DNA of 64,000 nucleotides, from positions 1,550,001-1,614,000 of the forward strand of contig CDRNST010000054.1 of assembly GCA_977016875.1 (NCBI GenBank), given 5' to 3'. Made by a program: the position numbers and the translations under genes. Positions 1 to 12,700 of the stretch are shown here, piece by piece. The DNA comes from Pavona decussata (Eukaryota). Positions within the stretch are counted from its first letter, which is position 1. The number at the start of each line of letters is the position of its first letter. Under the pieces are notes generated by a model that did no database searches, was not told where the DNA came from, and saw only the letters and a program-made list of their open reading frames with translations.

Positions 1-523
1 GCCACCAGTGTAGCTCAGTGAGTGTTTAAAGGATGCAGATTGGTAGGTGTGTGGTTCGCTGGCTGGACTATCCAGTTGGTGTTTGTAACTTCTGTTTCAT
101 TGGTTCAATTCCTGTTGGGAGCCAGATTTTAACCATGCAAGTCCCAAATTGTTTGTGATTTGATAAAGATAACATCGTTATTATTTTTCTTAGCTCAAAA
201 TTTAGCATCCTCCTTAATTTATCATAAAAAATGTGCTTGCATGTAAAGGTCATTGATTTGACTTGTGTCATGGAAACAAGACATTTCCTTTTTGAGCACT
301 CTTTCTTTCTTTCTGGGCTTAGCATGTCCTATCTTTGTCTTTGTCACTATATTAGCTGCTTTCAACATTACTTTTCTAAAAATTAGCTTTTGACAACCCA
401 GTGTAAAAGCAGAAAGGGCCAAAATGGCCTGGGCCAGAAAAGTGTCCCTTCTTATGATTTTCAGGTGTTCATTGACTTTATTCTGTGACTCAAATATTGT
501 TTTCTAATCTAATTTTCAATCAG

Positions 524-764
524 ATCCTTGTTGTGATGACTGGTGGAGCATGGCAAGATGACAGTGACTCAAAACTATACAGAACTAGAGTGTTAACGTC
601 AATCAAGGGCAGAGGCATTGAAGTGTATTCTGTGGGTGTAGGCCCAGATACCACTGCAAGCCAAATGAGTGATGTTGCTTCTGGAAGGAGATATTGGTTC
701 CTGCCGAACTCATATGATGATTTAGACAATGTTAAACTAAGGCTATTACAGTCCATCCAAGGAA
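524..764 (+). CDS. exon 1: vWA C-terminal half (phase 0-1)
   Basis: cag|ATC...GGA A|gtaagt; ILVVMTGG...[10 protein letters not shown]. Confidence 0.85.
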
Positions 765-3700
765 GTAAGTACAAAATGATGACAGGGGGAGGGGGCAGCT
801 TAACTTTCCACTTCAATACCTTAACTAGTGGTATTTTGAGCTTCTTTATGGTTTTATAAATGGCTTTTGTAAGATACACTATTGCTTTGAATAAATGCCT
901 GGAACATTGATTACAAACTCAGTACCTTGGTATAAGCATTTATTCACTGGAGGTGTTTAATTGTGACGGAGCATTTCTTTCCCAAGTAGTAATTGTGGAT
1001 GTTTATATTTAATATAAAAAAATTTTTTTTGTGTAACAAAAACAGTACCAAGTTTGACAATGATAAGTACGTACAGAGGTTAGAACTAAAACATTTGATA
1101 CCATTCTAAGTTCACAACTTTAGAAAGAGAAAGAAAAATTTGTTGTTATGTGTTTATGTCCTCCATAAAACGTCCCATCAGGAAATTTCACGTCCTAATC
1201 GTGCAGTGATGGCAAAGAAATTTACCAAAAAGTGTTATGGACATGCAGAGTTTTTGTTTTGGTTAGCAAGTCTTTTGCTTTTTAGACGTTCTTGTTGCTG
1301 TTGTTATTGCTAAAGCTCCCTACCATCCTCTATCACACCAATGTGGTTTCTAGTACCTGATCAATGGTATGGTGGAACAAGGGTCTCTGATATGTAGCTA
1401 CCTTGAAATTCAAGGGTCATAGTTGTCTTATTCTTGTGTTCTCATTTGAAGATGGCAATTATTTCTCAACTCAGCGACTATGTAATCTTCTCAACAACTT
1501 AGCATTAAACTGTATGTTGCTCATCATTATAGCCTGCAGATTGCAGATGTAATCCAGTTAGGGCCCATCAATCTTTAGTTTGAATTCTCCATTTTCAACT
1601 GGTCAGTTTGTGTAGGGTATTGCTAAGTAGAACTAAAGTGTTTATTTAAGAGTATGACCCTCCCAAAAAAAATATATAGTTGTGAATGTTACATCACTGT
1701 TCCGTGTGGACTGTAGATTGAAGACTTAGCCAAACTGGGGCCCATCTAATTACTTTGGTTTGCTTAAGTTTACCCTCTGTCTGTAGTCTTCAGTTTACCC
1801 TTAGTGTGCTATATTCGCCAGTGTGTCAATGGCTTTATAAAGTAGAACTCAGGTGTCTTTTTCTTTGATTTTTTTTTGCAGAGTATGATCCTCCCATGGA
1901 CCTTGGCCTGTTAGTAGACTCCTCCTCTGCTGTTGATTGGAGCAAAATGCAGGGCCTGTTGAAGGGTTATGTGCGAACCAGGAACATCTCTCCCGATGGT
2001 GATCATGTTGGCATTGTGACATTTGCATCAAGCAGCAGTGTTGACTTGTCCTTCCCTAAGTCAAGCAGCCCAGACTACAATAAAGGTCGTATCTGGCAAG
2101 CAATTGATGAACTGAGACAACAAGGAGGAAATGACAGGAGAATCGACTTGGGACTTGAAACTGTTTCCAGTGGCTTGTTTGGTTCTCATGCTGGAGCCAG
2201 AAAAGATGCCCGTCAGGTAAAACAAAACAAACGACAACAAATTAGCAAAGAAAGACCAAAACAAAACTATGCTATTGGCACTTTCCTGGTATGTTCTGCA
2301 TCTCCAATAGACGGGCTCTGGACAAGAACACCCACAGTGGCTTTTAAGTTTTAATTTTTTAGAATCTTTCACTTTTTCACCTGAATAAGAACATTCTAGT
2401 CTTATGTCAGGTTTGGGATTATTTTAACAGTAAAATACCCAATTTAACACCCAAACCTTAATTTAAACTTGGGGGTCTATGCCTGGTATATAAAGACCAG
2501 CTCCCTTTAACAAGCTCTCAAAATCTGCCCATTTGAGCCATAGCTGCCACTGGGGATGCTAATTGCAAACCAAATCCACACACCAGATGAAGTGTTCCAT
2601 GCAAACTGCATCGAACGGGGCCCTAATTTCTCCACTTATCATAGTCATGCTCTCTGGTGACACTTGCCTTTCTAACTACTGTGTACTCTCATAATGATTT
2701 TAGGTTTTGGTAGTGTTTACAGCCGGTGAATGGCCATCTATGACTCACCATGGCCAAATGTGGCAAAACACTGCAAAGGCTCTAGTGCAAAGGGGAGTTG
2801 AGATCTATTCGTATGGGATAAAACCAGGAGCACAATTGGAGCAACTACAAAGCATAACTTCCAAAGCTGGAAACAGTTATCTGATAGATGGCTATATGTT
2901 ACCACAGCCCATCCCTACTGGAGTCACAGGTGGGATTCACTTTCATCATTCAAGAGTTCAACTTAACTCTTTTATAACTCCAGTTCCCCAGCACATTAAG
3001 CCCATAGTGTAGACCATGTCATAGTGCCTTTTTAAAAGTAGTGCCCTACAGTAAGTTCACCATTCCCTTGTCAGTTTTTCAACAAGGCTTCTCAAACTCA
3101 TTAATAATTCAAAAGCCAAAGACAAAGGAAATCATGACCGTGACGTGTTTGGAAATCTGATGAAAAACTCCTTGTTTTTGCATCCTTAATTTCTCCTTCT
3201 AAATCAGTTTGTTTAAGAAGTTATATCAAACACTCGTCACAGTGTTTCATCACAATATAAAAAACCTCGAAGTTCGTCAAAAATACTCCGCTATGCATCA
3301 TATTTTCAACTCTCTTCTCGGTGTTTGATATGTGATGAAACACTGTGACTCGTGTTTGATATATGACATGAACAGACATCACTTTTCCTCGCAGGTGATC
3401 CCCGAGGAATGGACATAGGCTTTGTAGTGGACTCTTCAGATGCTGTAGACTGGAGCAAGATGTTAAACTACATAACAAATGTAGTTGAATACTTTTATGA
3501 CAACGTCAACTCAAACATTGGTATTGGACTAGTAACTTATGGTGAGACAGCAAAGGTTGCAATCCCTCTTAATTCAGTGAGTGGACCCAAGAATGATATC
3601 CTGAAGTCGATTGGAGATATCCAACAGCAGGGAGGATCACGTTCAGGTTTTAGTCAAGCAATGCAGTTGGTACCAAGTTTCTTTTCACCTCAGCAGGGCG

Positions 3701-6700
3701 GAAGAGTTGGAGTAAGAGAGGTAAATCTCTATGGCATAAATGGGTCGCTTACTGGTCTTTAACTTTATCAATAAAATATTATTTTTGAGTGTATGAGGAT
3801 AAGATTAGGAACATATTAAGGCATGAGTAGTTGCTGCAGTTAGTCACTCTTGATCTTACTCTACTCTCCTAACCCATGAGTGAAAGTACACAGGCCAGAC
3901 CACAATACAGGTCTATATGTTTTTTTTTGGAACGCCTTGAGTGCTTCTTTGTAGTTTGTTGCCCTTTTCCCTCTTTTGTGCTTTTGACAGTTTAACATTA
4001 CCTGCTCAATAATCTGACTGTCAAACCCAGCTCAGGTAATGAGATTCCCAGTTTACCAAAAGTCCCTTGCAGACTCTGATGCCATCTTCCCTCATGGACA
4101 TCAACATTTGGTTGTGGTTAAATTCCTTCATTCAGGGTGAAGAGAGAGAAAGATAGTCGTGATTAATATGCTAGATACTTACAGAAAACATTGAGAAGTC
4201 GTATATACTGAGATGCAATGTACTCTTTTTAGGTATTGATTGTTCTAACAGCATCACCATGGCAAGATCAACAGAGCCTAAACTGGATGCAGAGTGTTCA
4301 GAAGGCCAGAAACTGGGGTATTCAAATTTATTCAGCTGGCTTTGGGCCATCAGTTAAGCTTCCTCAGTTGGCAAGCATCGTCCGCAACCCTGAAAGAGAT
4401 GCCTACATCATGAGCTCATATGATGACCCGGATCAAACAACACGCAAGCTTTTAAATGAAATTGCAAGAGGTGTGTGTAAAAGGATCTTTGGCTACATTT
4501 TTAACCTTGGTTGCATACATTAACACAGGCTATAAAACTATGTAGCTACAATTATTGCATTCCACAAATCACAGAACTTGGCAAACTTAGTTCTTTCTGA
4601 AAATTTGGGTTTGAAGTGTTGACAAAAGAACCTCAAAAGTGTCCAGATTTTACAAGACTGCACGGCTGGGACCCAGTCATATGTTGTCAGTAAATCTCAG
4701 TTTTTGTGCTGATTTCCTTTGTGGGACTAATCCGACCCAGATCACACTACATAAATTATGGTGACTCCTTAGCTCAAACCAGTGACTATTATTTTCACAA
4801 TTGCATTTTTGTCAGGTCCCTTACCACAGCCTGCTTATGTTGATTGGGCATATGTGGTAGACTCATCTCATTCAGTGGATTGGAGTGCCTGGAGGAGGTA
4901 CATACTAGAGAGTGCCTTAAGATACTTCAAGGTGTCTGATGCCAGTTACAGAGTGGGGCTTATTACCTACGGTGACCAAGCACAGGTAGCTTTCCCCTTC
5001 AATGCTCCAGAACCCTGGGATGTATTAATAGCCAAGGCGTCACAACTGGGTGGCTCTGGAAGAAGGGTTGATCTAGCACTAGAACTTGCCAGAGATGAGC
5101 TGTTTACAGAAAAGCTTGGATCAAGGACAGGGGCTAGAAAGGTAACATGAAACTTTGTTCACATTGCATGCTACAGATTGCCAAACAGTAGGCACATTTT
5201 ATTTTATTACCTTGTCTGGTTTCCTTCTGCATAATGTCTAGGCTTTTAGCCCACTTTTCCATTACCAAGTTTGTTAAGGCTATTCCAAAGGTTTGTGGTG
5301 TTACGTTTATGAAAAAGTACTTTTACCAGCTAAATTAAATTCATTTGTTAATTTAAAACATCCCAAAAACAGAAAAATTAAATCTTGAAATCCATGTCAG
5401 TTATTGAGGAAAAATATATTTTAATTACCACTGAAGTGCCTTAATCTCCAAAAGATTCTCATTGAGATAGGAGGCATTTTGCTGTCATGAAACGTTCTAG
5501 AAGGAAAAAAAAGGCCTTGGACACAAACCAGAGCTAAGCCAGGACAGCAAAAGAAGAGAAAAATAAACCTCTTGCAGACAGTGACAAAGGCTCCTGGTTT
5601 GATCAATCATCAACTTAACTTATTTACACATCAAAAACGTTTAGGAACTTCACAGATTGGACAGGAATTGAGGGGGGTGGAATACGGTACACTACTTTGA
5701 TCCTTTTAGGTTTTGCCCTTTGTTGACAATAGCATGCATGCACAGTAGCAAACCTGGTAAAACGTGACCGCTATGCCCTTTCTGTGATAGATTGTTTTGT
5801 CACAAGTCTCACACACACCAATGCACTTAAGTGCACTTAAGGCACACTGTCCACTGTCAGTTCTGCATTTCAGGGTCTGCGTTCAGCTACCAAAGCAACC
5901 GTGTTTAAAATTAGCACTATTTTCAGATTCTACAGTTTATTATCTTTACAGTGATACATAGTTTTCAGATTGGGTTTCTATAAAATTTGTATACAAATTG
6001 TTTTTGTGAGAAACACCTACACACAGGTAAGGAGATGGCTGCTTTCATCATCAAATTATGTAATCTTTGCATTACAAAACCTGTTTATATTATGTTTCCT
6101 TTCCTCTTTCAGGGTATAATTCTCTTTACCAGTGGTCCATGGCCATCCCAATACAGAGATTCTTGGAAATTGGCAGCAAGGCAACTGCGTCAAAAGGGGG
6201 TTGAGATTTATGCTGTTGGAATTGGTTCATCTGTGGATGAGGATCAACTTAATGAAATTACTGAGAACACATATACAGGGAATGATCTGTCTTCCATTAC
6301 ACCTGACCTTGACTATGACATCAGAACAGGTATTCAAAACGTGGACATAGAATATGCATACATTGTACAATCTCAAGCCACCAGGGCGATAACTGGTGCA
6401 AACTACCACATTCGATCAACTGATGTTTTTGCCAATTTAGGTTGGAAAACCCTTGATGCCAGATGCAAACAATTGAAATTAGTCTTAATGTATAAAATTC
6501 AAAATAAACAATTTGCCCCAGATTTGAGTAATTTCTTCATAAGAATAAGTGACTGTAGTAAAGGTCACCATTGATGAAATTCTGAAACTGATCTAGCACC
6601 TCCATAGCTGCGATCTAAGAGTCTTAAACAAAGCTTTTAGTACATCGTGCTATGTTATGGAACAACCTTCCTGAATTGACTAAAAGAGCAAAATCTCTAT

Positions 6701-9700
6701 TGGAGTTCAAGAAAAGTGTTTTCTCTATCTGTTCCTGATTCTGAGTTATGCATACGTGTAGATATATTTTATTTCTATCTCATACTTATCATTCTGCCCC
6801 ACTTGAAAATCAGTATATGTGTTGTAGAGGCTAGCGTAAACAAATAAAGATCATGTATGTATGTACTTGTTTATGCAGTTCGCGTTATCAGCTGTTGAAA
6901 TGGGACACTTCTAGGCGACTGGTGGGATCCTGCTGTACATAATAATATGGACTTGAACATTGTTGACTGTATTGGTGTCCGTATGTGGGGTTTTTTTTTG
7001 TGATGCATCACTGAGATTTTAGTAGAGACAAATTGTTTCTCTCTCATCAGCTAAACCAGGCCAGAAGTTATCAGAATGCCAAAGGCAGTATCAACATGCC
7101 ATCAGCCATTATACACCTCATGCCATGATACCGCAGTGTAAACCTGATGGTAGTTTTAAACCACAGCAGTGTGATATGTCATACTGTTTCTGTGTTGACA
7201 GCAATGGAGATGAAAAACCAAACACCCGTCTTAATGTCAGATATGGAACACCAGTATGCGACGACACAGGTATGAATGTGGGAATTGTTGTGCAAACCTG
7301 TGAACACTGATTTCTACACATTTGGCTTTGCTCTAAGAACTCAAGCTTATTTTCCATGGTGTTTATGGTAAACTGCAAAATTGTGAAGTGATTATGATAA
7401 ATCAATGTATTTGGACAAGGGAACCATTGTAATTTGTGTTGTCTTTGCATTAAAACTATATTAGATGCTTCATATTATTGTCGTCCCAAAGAGAAACGCT
7501 CAAGTTAAAAACGAATAATATTGCAGTTAACCATGCACAGGTCTCGCATAACCTGAAGACTGATACCTGGAATACCCAGGGGCCTCCACTGAGGTCAGCC
7601 AGCCTCCAGATGGGCTACTGCATTGCTGACAAATCCTTCAAAACAGCCATGAGCCTTGCACAGGCAAATGACAAGATTTGTGAGCATTCCGTGCAGTGCC
7701 ATTTTGCATTGGGAGATCTGTTGCTGTCTCACATACTACTTACAACTGATGGCCATCAAAACTTAAATACTGTATGAGAATTGGTGGAACCCTAGTGAAC
7801 ACTAGATTTCTGGACTCTTGAAACTATGTAGTTTTCTAAGTTACCAGTAAGTAACTGTTTGTTAACACCAGATAAGAAGAAGTTTAAGAAGGCACTATGG
7901 CAACGGTAACAAGAACGTCGCAAAACAATTGGATTAAATGAGAAAAAGAAAGGCCCTGCATGCACATTAAAAATGTTGGTGCATTTCTTCACTGTCCTCG
8001 GCCAAAAAACAACGTGAAATTGCCAAATTCAAAGTTTTGTTGAGAACGTGAGCACATGGTGGTAATTTTATCATTTCCTGTCTCAAATTGAATGCAGTTC
8101 CCACCTGTTCTTTTACCGGGTAGTTCAGCCACATTGTACCAGTTGAACGAATTGGAATAGTCACAAACTAGTACAAGTAATGTTAACTTATATTTTCAAG
8201 CAATGTTTTTGTTATGGTTGTTGTGATGGTTTCTTAAAGTGCCAAGTAACAAGAATTACAACATTAGATGGGACATACATCAGCAACTCTGAACTGAACA
8301 TCCAAATAATTAGTGTAACCCTGCTTAGTCAATAATTAGTGTAACATCTGCTTGGTCAAGTGATAGAGGGCCCCATATAGAAATTCAAGTTTACTTAAAT
8401 CAAGAAAACATGTTTGCAGTCCACTTCCAAAACATTTCATGATGACTAAACTGTGTATACCAGACAAAAGTGCTTGATATGAGAGACAATATATTGCCAT
8501 CACAGGTATACAGTCCACAGCTTGTCAGGCTCAGCAGCTCCACTCTCAAGGCTCAATGATGCCTGGTCCAGAGTGTAAACCTGATGGAAAGTTTGAAGAA
8601 GTTCAGTGCAAGTCGCTGACTAAACAGTGCTGGTGTGTGGATGCATCTGGCTCAGAATTAGCTGGGTCTAGAACCACGAAGTATCTCAGGTGTCCACAAG
8701 CTGGTAGGTGCTGTTAAAAAAGGTCAAGGTTCATCCAAAGGCTTTAAAGTTAAAACCGCATAACCACCACCTTAAGGAGGTGCTACTCAATACATGGAAT
8801 GGTTGTACCAAAAGACTAGAACCACTTCAAAAGCACACTGTGTAATCATTACCACAGGAAAAACAAACAAATAAACAACAAAAAAGCTAAGAATAGTATT
8901 CATCTGATTTGTCTCAGTGCAGGATTTCACCCACAGACTTTACAGGTACAGTAGAACCACTAGAAAGTACTAAATTAGTACTTTCTTGTGGTACTACTGT
9001 ACCTGTAAAGTCTGTGGGTGGAATCCTGCACTGAGACAAATCAGATGAATACCATTCTGTTTTGTTGTTTGTTATTGTTATTTGTAATTTGAATTTATCA
9101 TTAAAGCTAAAGAATTCATTCACATGATGAACCATTACAACCACTGACACTAAATGAGTTGTGGGGTGGGGTACCTACTTATGTGATGTACATTTGATGT
9201 CTAGTTGAAATGCAACGTGGATTTTAGGGGTCAATTTTTTGGCAGACTATGCACTGTCCCATTTTATTGGATAACAAGGCACATTTCAAAGTATGGGCAC
9301 AACAAGAGGGGAAATTGGGTTGATTTAAACCCTAGAAATGTCTCTACGAAACCCAACCTCATCAAACCAGGATTCATGTAAACCCAGCATTAATTTGGTC
9401 AATTGCAAATTTCCAGGGAAGCCAGCCACCTCATGTGAAAGGCAATATCAAGGAAGAGATCCTTTAGAGTCTAAAACACCACGTTGCAGAGCTGACGGCA
9501 CTTTTGAGGACACGCAGTGTACAGATGATGAGTGCTTCTGTGTAGATTCAAATGGGGCAAAGATGTCCGGAACTAATGTCCTCTTATCCAATGGAAGACC
9601 TGACTGCACTGCCTCACAACCAGGTAAGCAGTCTATTCTTCCTATTAATCTTCTTGGGTATCTGCGATTGTGATGAAGATTACAAGGCCAATTAATTTAA

Positions 9701-12700
9701 ATGGAACTCTTTGTTGCTCCCAAACTTAACTTTGCCAAAATTTGTAAGATCTGAAATTAAATGTCCTTGAATTAGTAAATGTTTAAAATAAAATGAGCTC
9801 AGTTGTTTGTGCAATAAAATCAAAACGTCTTGTATGCAAAACAGTACAGGCACTATGTGGAGTAACTTGAATTGTTCGGGATGCAAGCGTACGGCCACAA
9901 CACGAATTTAGAGTATGTTCACTTCTTTAATGTCATGAGAGGCTCAAACTCCAAATCATTGAGACACAGACAAAAACTTCAACCTTATCCTCTGCACTAA
10001 ATGTGCTACAGACAACGCTTAATGGACAGATCAAGAAGAAAAGTTAAAATTCTGTGATGAACCTCATGGCATCCCTTGCCTTTGGGGTAACAATATGAAT
10101 TATCATAATTACAAAACCTGAAAAGCTCGTATTTCTGTTTAAATTATAAACCAGCATATAACTTGAATGGCTAAGTGAAAACCCAATTGTATCCTCAGGG
10201 ACTGACACTATATATATTGCGCTAACTATCACTGACTCGTTCATAGGTGGCTTCAGACCCTTAGATGTTGGAATAATTTTTGACCAAACCTTGGCTCTTG
10301 GAGCTGATGACTGGGTAGCTGTTCTTGATTTCTTGAAGAGAATTGTAAATGGCCTTGGTGTCTCTGCTGCACCTGATGGTACAAGAATTGGGCTAGTACG
10401 ATTCACCTCCAGGCCATTGATTTCCCTATATTTCAACACAATAAAGGATGAATACCTCACAGCTGATGTTGTAAACAAGTTCATTGAACCCATTAAACAG
10501 ATGCAAGGTGCAAGACGTATTGACCTGGCACTACAGAGTGCTGCTTCAGGTATCTTTTCAAGCAAGGAAGGTTCAAGAGCAAATGCCAAGAAGGTAAATA
10601 AAATATACAACCACTAACAACCATTAAAAGAACAAAAAGACTTTGTTCGGGAGTTCAGATATTAAGCAGAATTAGAGTTATGATTACAGCAGATGGCAAA
10701 TGGTAGAAATGACTATGTGACCATGTTTACTCTACATCTGCAGCTTGCTGTTTTCAATTTCTCTGCAAAATTGAGTAGTTTTTACCCTACCATCAAACGC
10801 GAGAATTTTTTTGTACTGTTCTCATCTATGCACCCATTTTAACATAATACAAATCTGGCTTTTGCCATTTGCCATAAACGCTATTCTAAATCTCTCTAAT
10901 ATCTAATGCATCATTCTAAAGGAGTGTGCACTGCTGGAAATGACTGATACATAGCTCTTTGTGTCCTTGGATCACTTACTTTTTGCGCAAAGGCATTAAG
11001 TGATAATTTCTGCACAGACTTAATGAGAAAAGGAGAACAATTCCTTGTTGATATTCAAGGCTCGACACTAACAGTAGCAAACTAGGCACAGATTAAACAT
11101 TCTGTTGTGGCTAGAAGGTTTGGTGCTTTCACTAACACTGGAGTATACTGGACAGAAAAAACGAAGAGAAACTGAAACAGGACCTACGTTCAGCCCCTTT
11201 TTGTGCTACATGGTAAAGTTGAAGTTTTTTATGTTATGGTTAAAATTTTGTTTTAACTAGTCAAAATCAGCCACTGGGTTAGTTTTAAAGTTAGTCCTGA
11301 CCCCTGATATTTCGTTTGTGTTTCTTGTGGTCAACGAGTTTTGCAAATGGTTTAATGAGACTGTTTGCATGAATGAGTCAACCAATGAAATCTATCATAG
11401 CATTTTAAAGGGACAGTAGCTAGTAGATTCAATGCACTCTATTTTTCGTTGATGCTTTAGCTTGTTGTCAGTCATGTTAAGGTAGCACCATGATGTATGT
11501 TCTGCAGTGCCTTTCATGTATATTATCTTTAGAGTACTCCAGAAACAACTAAGAGATTTGTTTGTCTTCAGGTTGCTGTGTTAGTCACAACTGGCCCACA
11601 AGACATGCATCAGCCTCTATCCACTCCATTAGCTGATGCTGCAGCTGAACTCCACAATGCCGGAGTGGATGTCTACTCAGTTGGTATTGGGCCAAATGTT
11701 GTACTTTCTGAGTTAGAAGCTGTAGCCTCAAGACCGGAGTATGTGTTTAAAGCACAGACTGCCAGTTTACCCATCATATCCTCTCAACTGACAGATATGA
11801 TACGCCAAGGTAAACCATTCCAGCACCCATAAGTTTATAAGCATGTTCATGCCTGGGGACCACTCATTGATTGCATTTGACATAGGAAGAACGCACTTCT
11901 AATATAGATTGGAGTTGAGATTGTATGGGACAGCCAATCAATCAACTTGGGATTGGGACGTGTGTCTGGCATCCATTGCAGATTTTACAGGGGCGGATGA
12001 CATCATCACTAACTTGGCAAAGAGCCATTTCGTCGAATGCCCTCCCTAATCTTTGATTATTACTAGTCTTAGTAATATTTGTTCTCTTGGGCACTTTTTG
12101 AAGGCAATGGCTCATGAACATTCGTGAAAGTTATTGCCTTGCAATTGTTGCTGTAAAATTAGTGTCTGTAACACGAGTGTGAGTACTCCACTTCTCTGGG
12201 TTATCAATCAGTGGTTTCCTGTTCCCACTTTGTATGCCTGGATGAAGAGAGACTTTGTGAAACAAAGTTTCATGTAATGCAATAAAATACCAGGAAACTG
12301 AGGAAAAGGGCGTGATTGAAAGTCAACATGCCACTGTGTCTTCACTTTGTTAATTGGTGCCATTGGGTTGGGGCTACAGGTAAAATAATGAAAACTTTAA
12401 TAAATATTTCCTTTCTCCTCAGGTCGTATCCCATCATTAGACATTGGTTTCTTAGTGGATTCATCAGATGCTGCAAACTGGCAAAAGACATTGAATGCTA
12501 TCTCCTCCATTGTTGATAATTTGGATGTATCTCAGAGTGGCACCCATATTGGCTTTATCCCTTACAGTTCATCAGCTTCAGTGGCCGTGCCCTTCCCCTC
12601 TGGAGATACTCGACCATACAATCCAAGTGAAGTGAAAAAGCTCATAAACAGTGTAGCCCCATCAGGAGGATCTGAAAGAAGGGTGGATCGAGCATTCCAG

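Noticed and set aside
1-125. tRNA-like A/B boxes (tagctcagtg...ggttcaattcc)
   Set aside because: Spacing is too long and no cloverleaf forms; more likely a decayed tRNA-derived SINE.
5987-6574. 195-aa ORF apparently fusing a vWA half to a LINE ORF2 tail
   Set aside because: Chance read-through: a good donor at 6329/6330 keeps phase with the next exon, and the LINE part is decayed.
10044-10610. Long minus-strand ORFs (also 23158-23616, 36100-36594, 61105-61494)
   Set aside because: Antisense shadows of real + strand exons, with no recognisable motifs.
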